A stretch of 8,797 bases of DNA from Candidatus Woesearchaeota archaeon (GTDB lineage Archaea > Nanobdellota > Nanobdellia > SCGC-AAA011-G17 > JACQNH01). This document shows positions 5,580-8,797 of this stretch, piece after piece; within the stretch, counting starts at the first letter, position 1; each line of letters starts with the position of its first letter. The stretch is taken from positions 1 through 8,797 of the forward strand of contig CAYIHC010000036.1 of the NCBI GenBank assembly GCA_964363105.1, written 5' to 3'. The translations under genes and the position numbers were made by a program. The notes under the pieces were generated by a model that was not told the DNA's origin, made no database searches, and saw only the letters and a program-made list of their open reading frames with translations.

Positions 5580-5975
5580 ATGGAAGATTGTATCTTTTGT
5601 AGGATTGTGAAAGGAGAAATACCTGCTGAAAAGATATATGAAGATAAAGATGTTTTTGTTTTTTTGGATATAAATCCTGTTAATTATGGACACTCTTTAG
5701 TTATTCCAAAAGAACATTATAAAATGATGATAGATACGCCTGATAGTGTTTTAAGTAAGGTTTTTTTGAAGTCAAAAGAATTAATGAAAGTGATTAAAGA
5801 AACTATGAAGTCAGATTATGTTGCTGTATCTGTAATTGGTATAGATGTGCCTCATTTTCATGTTCATTTAGTGCCAAGATATTTTAATGACGGAATGGCT
5901 ACTTTTTGGCCTACTAAGAAATATAAAGATAACGAAATAAAAGAAACAGCTGAAAAGATAAGAAAAGCTGTTTAA
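5580..5975 (+). CDS. HIT-family (histidine triad) nucleotide hydrolase/transferase
   Basis: MEDCIFCRIVKGEIPAEKIYEDKDVFVFLDINPVNYGHSLVIPKEH plus the histidine triad HFHVHLVPR. ATG 5580 is preferred over the track's TTG 5568. It gives the family-typical N-terminus, and the TATA box lies 27 nt upstream. Confidence 0.9.
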   Translation: MEDCIFCRIVKGEIPAEKIYEDKDVFVFLDINPVNYGHSLVIPKEHYKMMIDTPDSVLSKVFLKSKELMKVIKETMKSDYVAVSVIGIDVPHFHVHLVPRYFNDGMATFWPTKKYKDNEIKETAEKIRKAV

Positions 5976-5976
5976 T

Positions 5977-6339
5977 TTATTCTAATTTTCTTATTCTATA
6001 CCGACCAAGTTTAACAATTGCCAATGATTGTTCTAGATCTTTGATATTAATAGACATTAAAAACTCCATTAATACATTTGCGAATTGAAATGCGTTGAAG
6101 GAAGATGGTAGTCTTAGAATTACAATTCCACAATGTGGTTTAGTTTGTGAAGTTATAAAATATCCAAACTCTAAATCTTTTGTTACAAGAATGCTTTTAC
6201 TCCTTATTGCATATTCCAGTATCTTTTTATCAGTAGCTTGCCCTAAGCCGATATCTCTTGCATGTATAACCTCCAAGTTAATCTTTTTGAAAATATTTAA
6301 AGTAGAATAAGGTATGTTTGCATCAAGAAAGAATTTCAT
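5977..6339 (-). CDS. DUF5615 / Mut7-C PIN-like domain protein (putative toxin nuclease)
   Basis: FFLDANIP (N-terminal acidic residue), ATDKKILEYA and ILVTKDLEF match the PIN-like DUF5615 pattern. There is a 4-nt ATGA overlap with the upstream DUF433 gene. Confidence 0.75.
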   Translation of the reverse strand: MKFFLDANIPYSTLNIFKKINLEVIHARDIGLGQATDKKILEYAIRSKSILVTKDLEFGYFITSQTKPHCGIVILRLPSSFNAFQFANVLMEFLMSINIKDLEQSLAIVKLGRYRIRKLE

Positions 6340-6560
6340 CTTTTAATTTTTAATAAACCAACTTGTTCCTCAGAAACTATTTCTGTGGCATATTTTAGGG
6401 CAGATAGTATGCTGTTCTTATCGACACCATATTCCTTTTCAATTTCTTCAAAGGTCATATCACTGGCTAAAGCCCCTATAATCTCATCTACAGTTATCCT
6501 AGTTCCTTTGATTATGGGTTTACCAAATCTTACATTTTCATCGATTATTACTTCTGCCAT
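6336..6560 (-). CDS. DUF433 domain protein (putative antitoxin / HTH partner of DUF5615)
   Basis: The 74-aa ORF has RFGKPIIKGTRITVDEIIGALASDMTFEEIEKEYGVDKNSILSALKYA, the classic DUF433 pattern. It lies upstream of and overlaps the PIN-like gene. Confidence 0.8.
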   Translation of the reverse strand: MAEVIIDENVRFGKPIIKGTRITVDEIIGALASDMTFEEIEKEYGVDKNSILSALKYATEIVSEEQVGLLKIKR

Positions 6561-6580
6561 TTTATGTTTAACATACCATT

Positions 6581-6592
6581 TTATTTATAAAA
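6581..6592 (-). promoter_or_regulatory. TATA-like box for the DUF433-DUF5615 operon
   Basis: ttatttataaaa on the + strand, centred about 27 nt upstream of the minus-strand ATG at 6560. Confidence 0.4.
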
Positions 6593-6627
6593 CTATCGTT
6601 GTTATTTCAATTTTCAAAAACCTAATA

Positions 6628-6636
6628 TTTTTTAAA
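6628..6636 (+). promoter_or_regulatory. TATA-like box (ttttttaaa) for tRNA-Met
   Basis: Centred about 29 nt upstream of tRNA position 1 (6661). Confidence 0.4.
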
Positions 6637-6721
6637 TGCTATTAATTTAAAGATTTATAAGTCTCGGTAGCTCAGCCTGGCTAGAGCACGGGTTTCATAA
6701 GCCCGGGGTCGAGAGTTCAAA

Positions 6722-6809
6722 ACAGCCTTTCTTTTGAGAAAAGAAAGCTTGGGGAAAGAAAACTTTCTTTTTCCGAGGTTTTTCTTTTTGAAAGAAAAAG
6801 CTCTGAAAG
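6722..6809 (+). other. tRNA-Met intron (88 nt), BHB-like, position 59/60; paralogue of the tRNA-Ala intron
   Basis: The central helix is ttca (6716-6719) with tgaa (6804-6807). The bulges are aaa (6720-6722) and agt (6808-6810). The inner helix is weaker than in tRNA-Ala: c6723 opposite c6803 is a mismatch, followed by pairs a6724-t6802, g6725-c6801 and c6726-g6800. Confidence 0.78.
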
Positions 6810-6811
6810 TC
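6778..6811 (+). repeat. 34-nt stretch identical to 5012-5045
   Basis: Direct comparison of the two loci; see the 5012-5045 entry. Confidence 0.95.
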
Positions 6812-6851
6812 TCTCCCGAGACACTTAAATTTACTGAGATTATTACTACGA

Positions 6852-6858
6852 TTTTTTT
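6852..6858 (+). terminator. T7 tract, possible terminator downstream of tRNA-Met
   Basis: ttttttt lies 29 nt after the discriminator base. It is the first oligo-T run after the tRNA. Confidence 0.35.
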
Positions 6859-6889
6859 GATGTAGTATCCTGATATTTTTGACTAAAGA

Positions 6890-6897
6890 TTTATAAA
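6890..6897 (+). promoter_or_regulatory. TATA box (tttataaa) for the 6920 gene
   Basis: Centred about 26-27 nt upstream of ATG 6920. It is part of the 13-mer taaagatttataa, which also occurs at 6648-6660. Confidence 0.5.
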
Positions 6898-6919
6898 CAG
6901 CATTGATCTTGAATTTTAC

Positions 6920-7957
6920 ATGGTTGATTTTACTGCTCCAAATGCGGGAACAATACAAAGAGCTGGACCTATGAATCCTATAAAGATGATTATCAACAGC
7001 ATTGTCGGGGTTATAATTGGAGTTTTATTTATTTTGTTGTTAGCTCCTACTGTTTTGTGGTTCGCTGAAAGCCAGAATACTGCTAAGATATTTTCATTTA
7101 CAAAAGAGGTTTCTTCAACAAGCGGGGCTTCGGGTTATATACGAACTACTGAAATAGCCAACGCAAATACACCTATTGTTTGTTATGAAAACAAGATACA
7201 AGGAAATTGTCTTTATTATGATTACAAATTGGAAGAGTTAAAATATACTCTAAAAGACTATTGTGGAAACTTAGGGAAAAATCAACAGGTTATAGAAACT
7301 AAAGGGCAAAAATGCAGCAGAAATAATAAGGGCGAGGAAAAATGTAGACAGTGTTATCTTGTAAATGAGAGTAACTGGGTAAACATAAAATCTGAAACAA
7401 GATTCCAGCCTTTTTCAATTGGTAATTTTAAAGTTGATTATCCGAATAGCGCTAAGATAATTGGAGCAGAGAATTACAATAAGCAGATTGATACAATACA
7501 TAGGGAGAGCATGAGATATATTAAAGATAATAGTAATTTATTAGTTGGCGGTAATTCTAATGGACAAGTGATCAGTCATGGAGGTGATAAGAAATATCTT
7601 TTAATCTCAACAAAAGACTATCAATCAACTTATGATACACTTAAAGCACAAGATAGAATACTTGCGTGGATATTAAGAATAATTACTTTAGTTGTTTTGA
7701 TATTTGGTTATAATCTTATTTTCGGACCAATCTCATTAATGTCTAGTTTTGTTGGAAAGATACCAATTATTGGGAGATGGATTGATGGTGCTGTCGGCGG
7801 TGTTATTTTTATTGTAAGTCTTTTACTTGCTATAGTCCACTTTATTATATTGTGGATTTTGATTATGATAATAAAAAATATTTTATATATTGCAATTCTT
7901 TTAGCTGTTATTGGATTAATCTTCTATCTTTATGCATACTTTAAAAAACAAAATTAA
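6920..7957 (+). CDS. Membrane protein, TMEM43/DUF1625-like topology (N-terminal helix, large ectodomain, C-terminal helix bundle)
   Basis: 345-aa ORF. The N-terminal helix ends in APTVLWFAESQ, comparable to the LWWNEG motif of DUF1625. A roughly 200-aa hydrophilic Cys-containing domain follows. Several C-terminal helices contain GPISLMSSFVGKIPIIGRWIDGAVGG. The family assignment is tentative. Confidence 0.65.
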   Translation: MVDFTAPNAGTIQRAGPMNPIKMIINSIVGVIIGVLFILLLAPTVLWFAESQNTAKIFSFTKEVSSTSGASGYIRTTEIANANTPIVCYENKIQGNCLYYDYKLEELKYTLKDYCGNLGKNQQVIETKGQKCSRNNKGEEKCRQCYLVNESNWVNIKSETRFQPFSIGNFKVDYPNSAKIIGAENYNKQIDTIHRESMRYIKDNSNLLVGGNSNGQVISHGGDKKYLLISTKDYQSTYDTLKAQDRILAWILRIITLVVLIFGYNLIFGPISLMSSFVGKIPIIGRWIDGAVGGVIFIVSLLLAIVHFIILWILIMIIKNILYIAILLAVIGLIFYLYAYFKKQN

Positions 7958-7958
7958 A

Positions 7959-8270
7959 TTATTTTCTTTTGATTGTTATTTCTAGAGTTGAAACTCTAAC
8001 ATTTCTGCCTTCTTGATTCTTAAACTCTTCACTGTTAATTTTTATGTCTTTTACTTCTGTTTGCCCTTCTAAGAATCTTTTTGTAGCTACTTCTGCTACA
8101 TCTATTGCACGGCTCATGAATTTCCCTCTTGATTTTATTATAACTTCATTTGTATTTTGAGTAGTAAACTGCATAACCACTCCTGTTATATAATTCATAA
8201 AGGGTTTTCCACCAATAAACACCACATTGTCGTCTTTGTTTGTTTTTTCTTTTTTATTTTCTTCTGTCAT
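7959..8270 (-). CDS. albA: DNA/RNA-binding chromatin protein Alba (Sac10b family)
   Basis: VVFIGGKPFMNYITGVVMQF...EVIIKSRGKFMSRAIDVAEVATKRFL...RNVRVSTLEITIKRK aligns with the canonical Alba fold sequence. It has a short Lys/Glu-rich N-terminal extension. Its ATG overlaps the rps17e stop (ATGA). Confidence 0.92.
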   Translation of the reverse strand: MTEENKKEKTNKDDNVVFIGGKPFMNYITGVVMQFTTQNTNEVIIKSRGKFMSRAIDVAEVATKRFLEGQTEVKDIKINSEEFKNQEGRNVRVSTLEITIKRK

Positions 8271-8569
8271 CTTCTTTCCTGATCTCCCCTTCTCATTCTA
8301 GGTCTTCTTCTTGTATCAGAGCTTTCTGTCTTGATTTTTGGTTTTCTTTCAGGCAATTCGCCTCTTAGAATCTTCTCTTCTATAATCTGCATTTTCTTAA
8401 GCCTTACCAAATAACCTGCAACAATATTCCTTATTTTCTTTGAAGGAACCTCTGCAAATTCTCTTACAAGCCTTTTGTTTTCAATAAAATCTGTTGTTAG
8501 TTTATCACTATGAAGCTTTAATACGCTATTTGCCGATCTTTTTATTTTAGCTGTTTTTATTCTACCCAT
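8267..8569 (-). CDS. rps17e: 30S ribosomal protein eS17 (S17e) with an extended basic C-terminal tail
   Basis: MGRIKTAKIKRSANSVLKLHSDKLTTDFIENKRLVREFAEVPSKKIRNIVAGYLVRLKK matches eS17. ATG 8569 is preferred over the track's TTG 8587. It gives the family-typical MGRI N-terminus, and a TATA box sits about 26 nt upstream. Confidence 0.9.
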   Translation of the reverse strand: MGRIKTAKIKRSANSVLKLHSDKLTTDFIENKRLVREFAEVPSKKIRNIVAGYLVRLKKMQIIEEKILRGELPERKPKIKTESSDTRRRPRMRRGDQERR

Positions 8570-8590
8570 TCTTTTAGGGCATTTCAAAAC

Positions 8591-8600
8591 ATATTTAAAG
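8591..8600. promoter_or_regulatory. Single central TATA box (atatttaaag) in the 51-nt divergent spacer; candidate bidirectional promoter for rps17e-albA and the 8621 ORF
   Basis: Centred at about 8595.5. This is about 26.5 nt from the minus-strand ATG (8569) and about 25.5 nt from the plus-strand ATG (8621). Confidence 0.45.
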
Positions 8601-8620
8601 CTTTCCCCCTTTTTAAACAG

Positions 8621-8797
8621 ATGAAAAAGCTGGTGTTAGTTTTGTTATCTTTGTTTTTAATAGGCTGGAACTGGGATACGCATCAAGGCTTTGTCGAGAG
8701 TAGTTTCAATGGATTTCCTGATGAATTAAAAGAGAAATTATCTTTACCTTTAATGCAGGATGGAGCAATAATCCCTGACAGGGATTTTCAGGATTTT
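8621..8797 (+). CDS. Secreted protein, N-terminal fragment (runs off the window); possible zinc-dependent phospholipase C / S1-P1 nuclease superfamily member
   Basis: ATG at 8621, open for 59 codons to the window end. It is absent from the ORF track because it is partial. It has a signal-peptide-like MKKLVLVLLSLFLIG. WNWDTH follows, with the Trp1...His6 spacing seen at the mature N-terminus of P1 nuclease (WGALGH). An acidic IPDRDFQD segment is also present. Confidence 0.45.
   Translation, partial: MKKLVLVLLSLFLIGWNWDTHQGFVESSFNGFPDELKEKLSLPLMQDGAIIPDRDFQDF

Larger units (their letters stand above)
6661..6823 (+). tRNA. Elongator-type tRNA with CAU anticodon (tRNA-Met; tRNA-Ile2 with modified C34 cannot be excluded), interrupted by an 88-nt intron at T-loop position 59/60
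   Basis: Acceptor gtctcgg (6661-6667) pairs with ccgagac (6816-6822), with A73 at 6823. D-arm is gctc/gagc with a GG loop. Anticodon stem is cgggt/gcccg and the loop is t-t-CAT-a-a (anticodon 6696-6698). T-stem is gagag (6711-6715) with ctctc (6811-6815). The T-loop ttcaaa (6716-6721) plus t (6810) gives TTCAAAT. G1:C72 argues against an initiator. Confidence 0.85.

Noticed and set aside
6654-6660. tttataa immediately upstream of tRNA-Met as the tRNA promoter
   Set aside because: It abuts tRNA position 1, so initiation about 25 nt downstream would fall inside the D-arm. The A/T box at 6628-6636 has the correct spacing. The element is reported instead as part of the 13-nt direct repeat.
4955-6809. 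CRISPR array or other tandem repeat system, suggested by the repeated palindromic sequence
   Set aside because: Only two copies are present. They are 1.8 kb apart, each embedded in a tRNA gene, and separated by ordinary genes. There is no repeat-spacer periodicity.
6661-6823. Initiator tRNA-Met identity
   Set aside because: Archaeal initiators have A1:U72 and three consecutive G:C pairs closing the anticodon stem. This tRNA has G1:C72 and a U31:G39 pair.
6695-6958. Minus-strand 87-aa ORF from the track
   Set aside because: It is antisense to tRNA-Met and its intron and overlaps the 5' end of the 6920 gene. It shares the peptide GRDFQSFFFQKEK with the 4950..5153 ORF only because both read through the repeated intron sequence.

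Overview
Visibly AT-rich, tightly packed archaeal window. The markers are Alba, ribosomal protein eS17, Dph2 and an archaeal-type GlyRS. Gene overlaps and TATA boxes about 27 nt upstream of start codons suggest a small DPANN-like genome, but that is inference only. I support 14 protein genes: dph2 (cut by the window edge), a DUF457 membrane hydrolase, glyS, a LivK-like solute-binding protein, four hypothetical, membrane or lipobox proteins, a HIT hydrolase, a DUF433/DUF5615 toxin-antitoxin-like pair, albA, rps17e, and a 3'-truncated secreted P1-nuclease/PLC-like ORF. The main result is two tRNA genes that the ORF track misreads as minus-strand ORFs: tRNA-Ala(GGC) at 4895-5057 and tRNA-Met(CAU) at 6661-6823. 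Each is interrupted at the same non-canonical T-loop position (59/60) by an 88-89 nt intron. Each intron sits in a bulge-helix-bulge motif whose predicted cuts restore a canonical TTCAAAT T-loop. The two introns are roughly 80% identical by eye, with an identical 34-mer across the 3' junction, although the tRNA bodies are unrelated. This points to a paralogous, possibly mobile, structured intron family built from U-rich and A-rich arms. Secondary observations are single central TATA boxes shared by divergent leaderless genes, three revised start codons, a 13-nt direct repeat flanking tRNA-Met, and an intron-like fragment downstream of tRNA-Ala.
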